A program made the position numbers and the translations under genes. The notes under the pieces were generated by a model. That model was not told where the DNA came from. It made no database searches and saw only the letters and a program-made list of their open reading frames with translations. From the IMG/VR virus record IMGVR_UViG_3300034073_003542, positions 145,848 through 209,847 of that record: a stretch of DNA of 64,000 nt; one strand, given 5' to 3'. This document shows positions 47,380 through 58,107 of this stretch, piece by piece (positions within the stretch are counted from its first letter, which is position 1; each line of letters starts with the position of its first letter).

Positions 47380-48617
47380 TCGCTTTTCCTGCTCAATTCC
47401 TATTTTGTCTAAATTAGGTAAGTAATTAGTCCTTTTGTGGGTTCTATTCCATGCCAAATAGGTCTAATTGGGTTTCTTGTGGGGAATTCACCATAATTTA
47501 TATATTGGTCTTAGATCGAGAGTATGGGCCTATTAGGGCTATTGTATGACCAATTTTTGGTCTGTCAAGAGGGAGTATTTCCTTCCATTAATTATTTCAA
47601 AACAAGACAAAAACAACATAAATATAGTATAATACCCACCATAAACATACCTAGTATACCTATACCAAGATAACCTTTTAAAGTTAGAAGAAATGTCATT
47701 TATTATAAGTAAGAAAACCCTCTATTTCCTCCTCGGCAAAATATACTAAAAAAAATCTGTCAATATTGATTTGAAAAACATTGTTTTCACGGCAAAAATG
47801 CATGTTTTTGATGCAGATAGGAATTTTAATAGGGAAAATCACGGCATTTTCATACATTTCTAATTAAAAACATACAATTTCTCGGCAATTTTGATGCTTT
47901 TTGAATCAAAAGTCACAAAGATTCAAAGGTTCTTGGGCGAAATTAGACGAAATTTTCATCAAAAAATAATCGTTCAAATTCCCCGAAAGTAAGTGCGAAG
48001 TGTATGGTATATTCCTCAGTGAAAAAGTGTATTAACTCTCGGGAAAAATGAGTTTTTTGAAAAATGACACTTGCCAAAAACTGGGCCTCTCTTATAATGA
48101 TTTATAGGCTCTGACTGCCACAAGGTCTAAGATGAACCTAAAGATGGGCCGCGATCTGCCATCAACAAATCCATCCAGCCTCTTTTTGGCGAACAATTTG
48201 TCACTTTAGTAATTGGTCTGTTGGCGGTGAAAACCCGCAATGATTTGTAACGATGTTGTCTACTGCCCTGGTTACAAACATAGAAAATGTCAGCAGAACA
48301 GATAGGGATTAGTTGGTCATCTGTGTAAAAGACCATCAGTAAAGCTCAGTCGCTCACTCTCAAGAGAAGTCGCTTGATCTTAATACTTTCTTCCTAATTT
48401 TGGAAGGGAGTATTCTAGAACGCTAGCTCTAAGAGAAATCATCGTGTGAAGAAAAGGTTTTGAGAAGAATGGGGCGAAAAGGTAATTGGGAGATGAAGAG
48501 TAGTGCAGGCTGAAGATTTCCTGAATAGTAAGGAAATCAGAAGCCAAACGGAACTTAGGAAGAGTAAGAATAGAAACTAATAGAATCTAGTATAGAGAAG
48601 AATTTAGGAAACTCATG
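47380..48617. other. ~1.2-kb non-coding region (origin or ncRNA candidate)
   Basis: no credible ORF; A/T tracts, divergent promoters, hairpins. Confidence 0.5.
48071..48098 (+). promoter_or_regulatory. promoter TTGCCA-N16-TATAAT
   Basis: near-consensus hexamers, 16-nt spacer. Confidence 0.55.
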
Positions 48618-49738
48618 TTATGTAATAAGTTTCTTCTCAGTGACGCCCAGGTGAACGGGCGAATCTTGGGATAGGTTATAGAAAATCCTAAGAGCTTTTT
48701 TTAGAGTCGCCAAATCTTCAAATAATCCTACGTCTGGGTCTATAAATTTCCCATCAGCATTATTAGAATTTATTGCTAATTTGAGCTTGCCACTTGGTCT
48801 TAAATAAAAGAGCGAGTCTTCTGTAGTTGTACAAAAAACATACTTAAATTCTTTTTCTGTATGGATAAGTTTTCCGTTTGTACCAAAAATATATGGATAT
48901 ACGGAAATATAAAATTCCCGAAAATACATAGTAGTTCCGTCAAACATAAATTTCTTTTTTAGTAATAGGTATATCTAGCACCACATTACTCTTATAAAAT
49001 AAAGAGAGGGCCGCTTCTATTTCAAAAAATTCATGAAAGGTATGTGTCGCTGCATCAATAATAATTCTAGGATTAGTTACTTCTCCCGCTTTACTTAAAT
49101 AACCCATTTCACACCAACAAAAATAATATTCATTAGTGGTCTCTCCCTCAGAATTATATGGGCCTGTGTATATCTCAAAATCTTTATATCTCCCAATCAT
49201 ATTAACTCCTTTTTGGTTCTTTGTATATGGGTGGGCGATCCATAATATTTAGCCAAAGTCTCTTCTACTGCTTCAATAGAAGGAAAATATGTTCTAATAC
49301 CTATTATAAGTTTTCCTTCCTCATCTAGATAAGTGTTAGATTGATTTGTTGTCGCCCAGTATAATGTGACACTATTTGTTTTTCCTAAATTGAATATTGA
49401 TACTCCCACCCAAAAGTCTTTATATCGTAATATGTTCATACTAATTCTTTGTGGGTTCTAGGAATATCTAATTTGATGGGCGAATTATAATAAAGAGAAA
49501 GAGCTGACTCTACTTCTTCCAGAGAATAGAACCTATGTATCTCTGCATTAAATGCGGTATCTAGTGACCCTTCCTTAGATAAGTGCTTGTAAAAATAAGT
49601 AGAAGGAGTTCCATAAAAATAAATAGTTGCCCAGTATAAAGTTCTAAAATCATTAATAGAGTCAATAGGAGGTCTACCAGAAGTTATTTCAAAATCTCTA
49701 AATTGAACTCTTATAAACATATCCATCCATTCTACCAT
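48618..49738 (-). CDS. four tandem paralogous small ORFs (fifth member at 46376-46636)
   Basis: shared [FY][RK][DE]F...[YH]L...G...E.AL..[YF]Y...T.K[EK][LI] pattern. Confidence 0.75.
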
Positions 49739-49872
49739 AAACCCAATGGGTTGTCAAACTCGCTGACTATCGCGCATGTTCCGAACTTATTAGTTTAGGA
49801 GGAACACGCCCACCCGTCTTTTTGGTGTACTATATTAGTGAATCAATATCTACCAATTAGGAGCACCCCCTT

Positions 49873-50202
49873 ATGGCCTTCAACTCTGCACCATCTGGTT
49901 ATTTTCCAAATATTAATGTAGGAGAAGTTGTAGGAGGAGTAACAGGTGTCTTTATTCCTTGGTCAGACTTAGAAGCTTTTGATACTTCTACTTCTGGAGA
50001 TATACGCCAATTAGCTTATGCTTTTAATCAAGGAATGTATAATGGATATTCTGGTTTAGCAACGGCAGATAAGCCTGACGAAATGACAATCAGACTCGCT
50101 AAAACTTTTCCAACTCCTGCTACTATTCGTCATACTTATACTAACATCTTCAATCTTGATTTTAATGCCGAACTAGTAATGACTCCGGAACCAACAGGCT
50201 AA
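49873..50202 (+). CDS. hypothetical protein, possibly late/virion
   Basis: AGGAG RBS; TGGTGTA motif upstream. Confidence 0.6.
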   Translation: MAFNSAPSGYFPNINVGEVVGGVTGVFIPWSDLEAFDTSTSGDIRQLAYAFNQGMYNGYSGLATADKPDEMTIRLAKTFPTPATIRHTYTNIFNLDFNAELVMTPEPTG

Positions 50203-50412
50203 AATGGATGAAAAAATTAAAAAACATATTCTAGAAATAGAACATAACATTTCTCAGATTCATAAGTTGTCTGAGTGTGTAGCTAATGTTTTAAATAATG
50301 AATGTGCCTTAATTAAGAATAATAATCCATTAGAAGATACAGAAAGTAAATGTAATTGTATTAAGCAGAACATTGCTAATGTTGAACAACTACTAGATGA
50401 AACAAAAAATAC

Positions 50413-50745
50413 ATGAAACTATTTGGATTTAATTGGGGACTTACCAAAAAATCGTCAGAAGAACTTTTTGGCGGACGCGACCCTCAATGGGATGGGGTTC
50501 GTAAGCAACATCTTAAAAAAGAAAATTTGTGCCAAGCTTGTTTGACTAAAGATAATTTAGAAGTACATCATATAATTCCTTTTCATTTAAGGCCAGACTT
50601 AGAACTAGATCCAGCAAATCTAATAACTTTGTGTGCTCAAAAATGTCATTTGTTATTTGGCCATCTAATGAATTATAAATCCTATAATAGTAATGTTATT
50701 GAAGACTGTAAAAAGATGCAAGAAAATATCAAAAATCGCCCTTGA
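50413..50745 (+). CDS. small HNH endonuclease
   Basis: CQAC, LEVHHIIP, NLITLC...CH motifs. Confidence 0.85.
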   Translation: MKLFGFNWGLTKKSSEELFGGRDPQWDGVRKQHLKKENLCQACLTKDNLEVHHIIPFHLRPDLELDPANLITLCAQKCHLLFGHLMNYKSYNSNVIEDCKKMQENIKNRP

Positions 50746-50769
50746 CACACGTTTTTCTTATGGTACAAT
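50742..50769 (+). promoter_or_regulatory. promoter TTGACA-N16-TACAAT
   Basis: hexamers with extended TG. Confidence 0.7.
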
Positions 50770-51553
50770 GGGTGGATGGAACAAGAATGGGCGGTTGTTA
50801 ATAAAGATAGCAATTCCGTTTTTCTAGATCGCTCATTTCCAACACAAGAAAAAGCTCAAGAAGCTATACTACTATATTCAGTATATTTTGTTATTCCTGA
50901 TGTTAAAATTATTCCAAATAATGAAGTTAAGATTACTTTAAAAACATTGTCATGAAAGAAGCGATTCCTATAAGTGTCTATTATTGCGCAGATAGAGACA
51001 TTTTTTGCTGGAAATTTATTCATTCCATAGGAAAGCCAGCATTTTATCCTTACCCAAAATATACAGACTTTCATAAGAAATGGATTGGGCGAAAAGAAGA
51101 ATTTCCTCCCCTACAAATAACAGAAAAAACATTAATATGATAGAAGGTATTCCACCCGATACTTATTGGGATGATGAACTAGATCTATTTTATCATATTT
51201 TTGAATTCTATGGACTACCCGCCAAATCATTTGAAAATATATATTTCACCCAAAAATGGATTGGACGAAAAGATGAATTTCCCAAACTGCCAAAAACTGA
51301 GAAAACTATAGTATGACACTAATACAATATTCAGAGTGGTTGTTTTTGGGCGGATTATTTTTATGTGTGTGGCCCATTATATATCTTTTAATCTTCAAAA
51401 AATTATCAGAAGACTTAATGATCGCCTCTTTCATACTAGGAGCAATCATAGCAAACATAGGATTCTGGGTTTCCTTAGTGAAATGGATTGTATGGTTAGC
51501 TATTATTTCTATTGAAAATCGCCCATAGAACTCTTTTCTGCGTAACCAACCCC

Positions 51554-51581
51554 TTGACAGGCCGGATTTTTTAGATATAAT
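51554..51581 (+). promoter_or_regulatory. promoter TTGACA-N16-TATAAT
   Basis: perfect hexamers. Confidence 0.75.
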
Positions 51582-54500
51582 AGGATGACAGCTAAGAGTC
51601 CTAAACATTTGGCTGACTATGAGCAACTAAAGCAAATCCGAAGGATCGGCTGGAACATCTGACTATAGGAATTTTTATGAAGAAAAATCATGACGAATTA
51701 GAAGTTTATCCAATAGGCACTCAAGTTCTTATGTCAACAATGGAAGGTACTATTATTGGTATTCAAATCAGACATAACAATTATGTCTTGTATGAAGTTA
51801 GTTATTTTGATAAGGGCGAAAAGAAAACTCAGTGGTTAGAATCTCTGGAGATTAATCCTGAAGTTAAAGATAAGAAAAAGATAGGATTCCTATAAGAGTC
51901 CTCAATAACTCGCTGACTACGAGCAACTGGGGCAAATCCGAAGGATAGGGAGAAACAAATTATGCAACTTCGTTGGTTACAAAATATTCTTCAATATTCT
52001 ACAATAGAAGTTGACGATAAGAATAATAGTAGAGAAGTCTGGCATGCGGTTCCCAGAGTAGAAGGGGACCAAATAGAAGTTGCTAGAAAAGTTATGCAGG
52101 AAGATAAGGAAGTACTTGATAAACTAGCCAAGAATTATTTGGGCGACTAATCAAGTGATCCTCAAATCTCGCTGACTATCATATTTTGGCTGACTACCGC
52201 CAACATTCCGAATCCGAAGGATTGGCTCAGACACGCCCATTATTGTCTGGCGCTGTCAAATATTTCCATCTTTTCGATAGTCTTAATGGGAATATAAACA
52301 ACAGAACCACCATCAATAACCATAATCAAATTAGGATTCTGACATCCTTCTGAGGGCGAGTCATAAATTTTTCGCCCACCGCCTTTTGTTACAATAAGAA
52401 CTTTTGGGTCTTTCATCTTTGAAACCAAATCAACAGCACTAATCAACATTTTAGCTCCTTATACTATATACTTGCGGCGAACTTTAAGAGAACAGATATT
52501 CTCTTTATAAATTTGGTCAAACAATTCTGTGTCTACCATTTCTGCGTCTAGAGATTCAAACATCCACTTAGGAATTTCAATATGGTGAAACTCCCATGTG
52601 TTGTTGTGGAATAGAACATAAACCTCGGCCATATATCGCATTATCTTAACCTATAAATTCCGTGATTTTCTTCAAATTCTTTCATATGATCAACAACAAT
52701 TTGACAAGCCATATCTTTTACATCTTCAAGATATTCTACTTCACCAAATTGTGACTCAAGTAAAACAATTAAGTCTTCCTGAATCTGTTCACTAATTTCT
52801 CTAATACTTTTACTCATCATCTTCTTCCTTTTCATAAAGATTACTCTCTAATGATTCCGCCCAATCTCTAACATTAGAATCGCGTATAAAATCAATAAGG
52901 GCATCACACGCCGCCGAGTTGTCTGACAGAAATACTTCGACCAGACTTCCAAAACGAAACCCATGAGGCTTATAGCCGAGAGCTTCAATGATTCTTTCCA
53001 AGTTTTTAAGGCCGCTATCGCCCTCAAAATTATGAATCTTTTCTTGATCCATAAACTCTTCAAGAAGTTCATTCATCATCTTCTTCTACTCCAAGTATTT
53101 CTGGATAATACTCTAAAATCTCTGTTTCAAGTTGTTTGTGCGTATATTCATCTTTATCTTTACTTAAATAATCATAAGCTAATGAAGCTAGAGTATCTAT
53201 ATCCATACCATCAATCATCTGTTGGATATATTCATCTTGAATCTTATCACGATTTTCTGCGTTTATCAACATTTTTTGCTCCGTGTGTACTGTACGAATC
53301 CTATTCTACCACCCTACTAAGGATTGTCAATAGTGGGCTTATTAGTATCGAAATATTGACAATTCACTAATTGGGTATGACAATAGTATCTATCGTATTC
53401 TATTCTAGACATATGTTCAATAGAATCATTAATAATAGAATCCCACTGCCAATCTTTTGGATTAGTATAAGTGTCATCAAATTCGATATTGAGCGTAACT
53501 ACACAGATTTTTTTCAAGTCACAACTCCCTTACTTTCCTACGCAACATTGACAATATCCACAAATCACACATAGACCAAAAATCAAGTATACCATAGACG
53601 CCTCCTTTGTCAAGTAATGTAACAGGGCCAGAAGCCACCATTGTACCACAGACGCCTGCTAGTCGCAAGTCGTTGGCATTACTAGACTTAGGTTAGGTCA
53701 TTCTTCTTGGAGGTTTGATGAAACTGCCCCTCATTCCTTTCAAACTGGACAACTTCTCTATAAGTAGGCACAGTTAGCTGTCCAAAATAAAGATCGCAGT
53801 CCCTCAATACTACTTCACCATTTCTTTTTAACAGAAAATTAGTTACATTATCAAGCGAGTACGGGTCTAATGCTCCTTCGTGAAGGGCAATTACCTCATA
53901 ATGAATAGTGTCGAATTGATATTGGGCGATTACAGTTTGCATTATGTCCCTTTCAAAAATTATAGAGAATACTCACAAAAAGATTTTAATGTATTATTAT
54001 ACACAGGAGAATGATAAACTCCAACACTCAACCCCCTTTGTTGATAAAAGACTCCCTTACGAAAGTCTATGGGGCCAATTTCGTGATCTATTTTTTGTAT
54101 AAAATCATTAGCATAATCTTCAGCCGCCCAATAATCAATAAATGACTTACAGTCTTCCACAGAATTGTCTCTTACTACAACAAAGGTATACATTATATTT
54201 CTCCTAAATAGTAATTAACCAAAGCCAAGCTACACAAACACCAAAAATAAGCGATATATCAGTTATCATTTATTTTCTCCATTAGTTTATCAAATTTTAT
54301 CTGACACTCTTCCATAGTTCCTTCCCATATAAAATGACCACCACAAAAAAACTCAATAGCCCCATCACACTCCTCATAAGAATCACACTGGAGAACTGGT
54401 CCCATTTCATTCATTATGGTGAATTTCATTTTTTTCTCCGTAGAGGGTTGGTTTTCTGGTTTTTCGCCCAAAACAATACTATTTTCTTTCTGCATAACCA

Positions 54501-55062
54501 AAGAGTCCCAAGGGGACGCAGACTATCCCAGACTATTCACTATACCACACAAAACCAAAAAGTCAAGGGGTCAGCCTAACCTTACTTTTCGTACAGTTTT
54601 AGAATTAGAGGATTTTATAATAGATATTCTACAATTATTTTTTCTAATCCTCATATTATAGCACCTCTGCCTACTATTATACCACAGACGCCCACCCGCC
54701 ACAAGTCTAGCATTATCAAGGGGTTACATCGAATCATTAGTCGCAATTTGGAAGGGGTCGAAACTAGTGATTGATTAGTAGGCAATATGTCATTTTGGCA
54801 GGGGGTTGCCATTTTGGCAGACGCGGTACAAAAGCTGCCATTTTGGCATACAGACTCAAATCCTCTAAGAGTCTTCAACTGGCTGACTGTGCCATATCTG
54901 CCGAATCTGAAAGATTGGGCTGGACAAAACTGTAATGTATGCTATGTGAGACGTTAAGTATGGTTAGTGTCTCATATAGATAACATTATGCCATTTTGGC
55001 AGGAGGCGTCCCCGGCCTGCCATTTTGGCAGTCGCCAAGCTGCCATTTTGGCACCCAGGAAT

Positions 55063-55097
55063 GAAAAGGGGGCCGCCAGCCTATGCCAGCAGCCCCC
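55063..55097 (-). terminator. intrinsic terminator downstream of the DUF932 gene
   Basis: GGGGGCTGCTGGC ATAG GCTGGCGGCCCCC followed by TTTT. Confidence 0.7.
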
Positions 55098-55125
55098 AAT
55101 TTAAACCAGGCGATTTTATTCGATC

Positions 55126-56076
55126 CTAGAGAGCGTTCGCAAACTCCAGAGCCGAAGTAAAGGCGTCCGAATTATCGTTCGCACCTTGACCGAACCAGAG
55201 CGAGTCGATCCGGTTGTCGGCGTTGCGACCCTTGGCATAGTTCAGGTATTCATTGACACCATTATATGCCGCCCACCAAGTTCCCTTGACACCGGGGAGC
55301 GACTGACGCGGACCTTCGATCCGGGTCATAATATCAGCGATGATATTCTTGGTACGAGTCGAGATGTCCTCGATAGGAGTTTTCTCAACACCCAAAACCA
55401 CCTTGACATAAGCATCGATGTCTCTTGCACTGAAATTCTTGGACGCAAGAAAGCGATACTGTTCAGCGGTCGCTTCAAACTGGACATTGATATTATCCAT
55501 AATGTCACGTACCTTTTCCAGATTGACTTTCTGCGAACGAGTATGTCGGATGCGAATAAGCTGAGAGCCAGAATCCTTGCTATGAGCCATAGCCATAGTG
55601 TTCGCACACACAACTCGGATGGGAGTATATCCCACGCGAATAGCGGTCGTACCATTGTGACTATTGGAAAGCAGGATGAACTTGCAGACAGTATCATCGC
55701 CAACAATTTCGGAGCAATCGCGGTTCAGTTGGGCAAGAACCCAAACCTTTTCGCCGTTATGGAGCGATCCGGCGGTATGCAGATTGCACTCGCCAGCATC
55801 CAGAAACGGCTGGAACCAATCGAAAGCGTCTTTATTCTGAAGTGGCACATAACGTGGGCCGACTACAGAGAAAATACGCCCATCGCTCACGCGATAGGTA
55901 GCCTTTTCCGGCAGAGCTTCGCCGTCAACAGTCTGAATAGCCTTCAGACCAACTTCCCAATTCAATCCCGACGCATCAATAGCGTCAGCAATAGTAATCT
56001 TGTCATCGACCTTATTGCCAAGACCATGCCAAGGGGTTTCACCAGCGAACATCATCGTTTCAACAGCAGCACTCAT
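55126..56076 (-). CDS. DUF932 family (phage/plasmid-like TIGR03299) protein
   Basis: ETPWHGLG, TAGSL.NG.KVW, NSHNG, TPIRVVCANT, IRHT, GTWWAAYN motifs. Confidence 0.9.
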   Translation of the reverse strand: MSAAVETMMFAGETPWHGLGNKVDDKITIADAIDASGLNWEVGLKAIQTVDGEALPEKATYRVSDGRIFSVVGPRYVPLQNKDAFDWFQPFLDAGECNLHTAGSLHNGEKVWVLAQLNRDCSEIVGDDTVCKFILLSNSHNGTTAIRVGYTPIRVVCANTMAMAHSKDSGSQLIRIRHTRSQKVNLEKVRDIMDNINVQFEATAEQYRFLASKNFSARDIDAYVKVVLGVEKTPIEDISTRTKNIIADIMTRIEGPRQSLPGVKGTWWAAYNGVNEYLNYAKGRNADNRIDSLWFGQGANDNSDAFTSALEFANAL

Positions 56077-56117
56077 CTTCGTTTCCTCTTCTTGTGGGTT
56101 ATCGTTCCGTTTCATGG

Positions 56118-56145
56118 ATTATACCAGAGCATTCGGGGGTGTCAA
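56118..56145 (-). promoter_or_regulatory. promoter TTGACA-N16-TATAAT
   Basis: perfect hexamers with TGG extension. Confidence 0.8.
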
Positions 56146-56255
56146 GGGTCTGGTTTGCGGAAAAATAAAGTTTTCGAGTCACTACTTTTGGCATGGGAGT
56201 TGCTGGGGCGTCTGCCATTTTGGCAGGCCCGGTAGGTGATCTGCCATTTTGGCAG

Positions 56256-56615
56256 TCACGCAACGGCTTCTTTTTCCAGTTCCTTAGAAAGCCTCTGAGG
56301 TTTATTCATCCAAGGTTGTGGAGCGATATTTATAAACCAATCTTGGATAGATGGAATAAATCCACAATCTTCTTGAACGTGCTGTTCTCCCACCCATCGA
56401 GTTGGGATTACCTTACCAGTAGAAAGAGTAATGGTATTACCAAATACTCTGGCACATTCATAGATACCCTGAGAATGATGTCGCAAAGCACGATGGCGAA
56501 AGTCACCAAACATTTCTTTAGAGGCATCAAACCATTCATGAATATCCATATAGTCAGCAACTTCTCCACCCCACTTCTTTACGGATGAAAGAGAATGATG
56601 ATAAGGATTAGACAT
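56256..56615 (-). CDS. DUF6915-like protein
   Basis: PYHH..SS..KWGG...H.WFD.SK...HRALRHH..GI pattern. Confidence 0.7.
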   Translation of the reverse strand: MSNPYHHSLSSVKKWGGEVADYMDIHEWFDASKEMFGDFRHRALRHHSQGIYECARVFGNTITLSTGKVIPTRWVGEQHVQEDCGFIPSIQDWFINIAPQPWMNKPQRLSKELEKEAVA

Positions 56616-56950
56616 TAGAGAATCTCCTCAAAATCGTTCCAAACTTCTTCACTTTCTTGACCAGACATAACCGCTGTCTCTTTTTCTACATCATACTCAA
56701 CAGTTCCATTTACATAAAACTCACCAGCAAAAGAGTAATATCTGTCATAAACAGGTTTAGAAAGTTGATCTGCAAGTTCTCCGTCGATACCTTCTCCGCC
56801 CCAAGCTGGCAACGTTCCAATAGGAAAACCCGTCTCTGATAGGAGTTGAATATTTTCAACACCACCTTCGTCTCCACCACCACTAAACTGAACTACTACC
56901 TTAGCAGCACCACGCTTACGAAGTTCTGCGAATATCTCTTTGCGATCCAT
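56615..56950 (-). CDS. DUF6878-like protein
   Basis: VVQFSGGGDEG motif; likely start MDRKEI. Confidence 0.55.
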   Translation of the reverse strand: MDRKEIFAELRKRGAAKVVVQFSGGGDEGGVENIQLLSETGFPIGTLPAWGGEGIDGELADQLSKPVYDRYYSFAGEFYVNGTVEYDVEKETAVMSGQESEEVWNDFEEIL

Positions 56951-57453
56951 TTCTTTTCTCCGGGTTATCGTTTCCTGTTCACTGATTATAGCATAGGTGC
57001 AGTGGCTGTCAACAGTTTTTTCGCTGGCTATCGTCATAATTTCGAATCTGGTAGATTGAGTGGAACATAATCGTTGGAGATAGAATATTCAAAAGCTTTT
57101 ATCTGATCTAGATTATCAATACTCAGAATAAGCTTTCCAGTTTTTCTAATTTGATTTTCTTGCCACTTTACATTAGCAGTAGCATTCTTGCTCATTCTCC
57201 AACCAGGCCATTGATGATCATTATATCTATTGAGAATAACAATCAGAGAATTTACATCGCCCCTAACATGGGCGTATTGAGCGAATGGAAATCCACCAGT
57301 TTTTTGGAATTTAAAAGTACTAGCTTTTGGTCCCTGAATTGTATTGATATTGATTTTTAATCTAGCGTCATTAATATGAACACTAGAAGCAATACATATA
57401 GACGAGAAGTGTATCGAGAAGAGAATGAAGAGAGTTAAGATGGGTTTCATAAG

Positions 57454-57527
57454 TAGCTGCGGTGAGGGTCGAACTCACACTGTTCGGATTTTAAGTCCGA
57501 TTTCTCTGCCTGTTGGAATACGCAGCC
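57454..57527 (-). tRNA. tRNA-Leu(TAA), short variable loop
   Basis: TCGGA CTTAAAA TCCGA anticodon arm. Confidence 0.9.
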
Positions 57528-57531
57528 ATAA

Positions 57532-57606
57532 TACCGGGAACTGGATTTGAACCAGCACTGTTATGCTTCTAAGGCATATGTCTCCTGCCAATTGGACTAC
57601 CCCGGC
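57532..57606 (-). tRNA. tRNA-Leu(TAG), short variable loop
   Basis: TATGC CTTAGAA GCATA. Confidence 0.9.
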
Positions 57607-57614
57607 GTGTCAAG

Positions 57615-57688
57615 TAGGAAGTATTGGAGTCGAACCAATCTTTTGAGTACCTTATAAGAGTACGTGCCACTACCGGCGGCAACTTCCC
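57615..57688 (-). tRNA. tRNA-Ile(TAT)
   Basis: GTACT CTTATAA GGTAC. Confidence 0.85.
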
Positions 57689-57727
57689 ATGTTTTTTATT
57701 ATACACCGACGCTGGAGAAAAGTCAAG

Positions 57728-57800
57728 TAGACCGGGTGAGAGTCGAACTCACGATAGGCGGATTAAAAGTCCGCTACTTTAGCCGCTAAGTTACCGATCC
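57728..57800 (-). tRNA. tRNA-Lys(TTT)
   Basis: GCGGA CTTTTAA TCCGC. Confidence 0.92.
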
Positions 57801-57908
57801 ATGTTCAGTCAAGTATACCATACCCTTCTCTGTTGTCAACCCCTCAATTTTGTGTCTGCCATTTTGGCAGCCTCGCTACTCCGCCTGTCAAATTGGCAGT
57901 GTCTGAAG

Positions 57909-57979
57909 TGAGTGATGAAAGAATCGAACTTTCGTCGAGATGTTAAGAGCATCCTATAATACCATTATACTAATCACCC
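57909..57979 (-). tRNA. tRNA-Lys(CTT)
   Basis: GGATG CTCTTAA CATCT. Confidence 0.9.
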
Positions 57980-57983
57980 GAAA

Positions 57984-58068
57984 TGCAGAGTTGGGGAGTC
58001 GAACCCTATCCTTCCGTCCAGTTCATTAAGGAACGAGCTTAGAACGCACGTACTGGCTGCAACCCTGC
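57984..58068 (-). tRNA. non-canonical D-armless tRNA-Arg(TCT)
   Basis: GCAGGGT/ACTCTGC acceptor, ACGTGC GTTCTAA GCTCGT anticodon arm, TTCGACT T loop; own promoter at 58079-58106. Confidence 0.65.
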
Positions 58069-58107
58069 GTGTCGATACATTATACATTACCGAATCGAAC
58101 TGTCAAG

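Noticed and set aside
51612-51650. Hammerhead ribozyme reading of the GCTGACT repeat
   Set aside because: Lacks the CUGANGA and GAAA core and the three required stems.
54933-54945. TAATGTATGCTAT matching the loxP core
   Set aside because: The 13-bp Cre-binding arms are absent; likely chance.
55186-56235. 349-aa plus-strand ORF
   Set aside because: Antisense shadow of the clearly recognisable DUF932 gene; explained by its GC-richer codon usage, with no motifs of its own.
57984-58068. Amber suppressor (CTA) reading or stop-codon recoding
   Set aside because: The best 7-nt loop GTTCTAA centres on TCT, and recognisable genes are intact under the standard code with no internal TAG/TGA.
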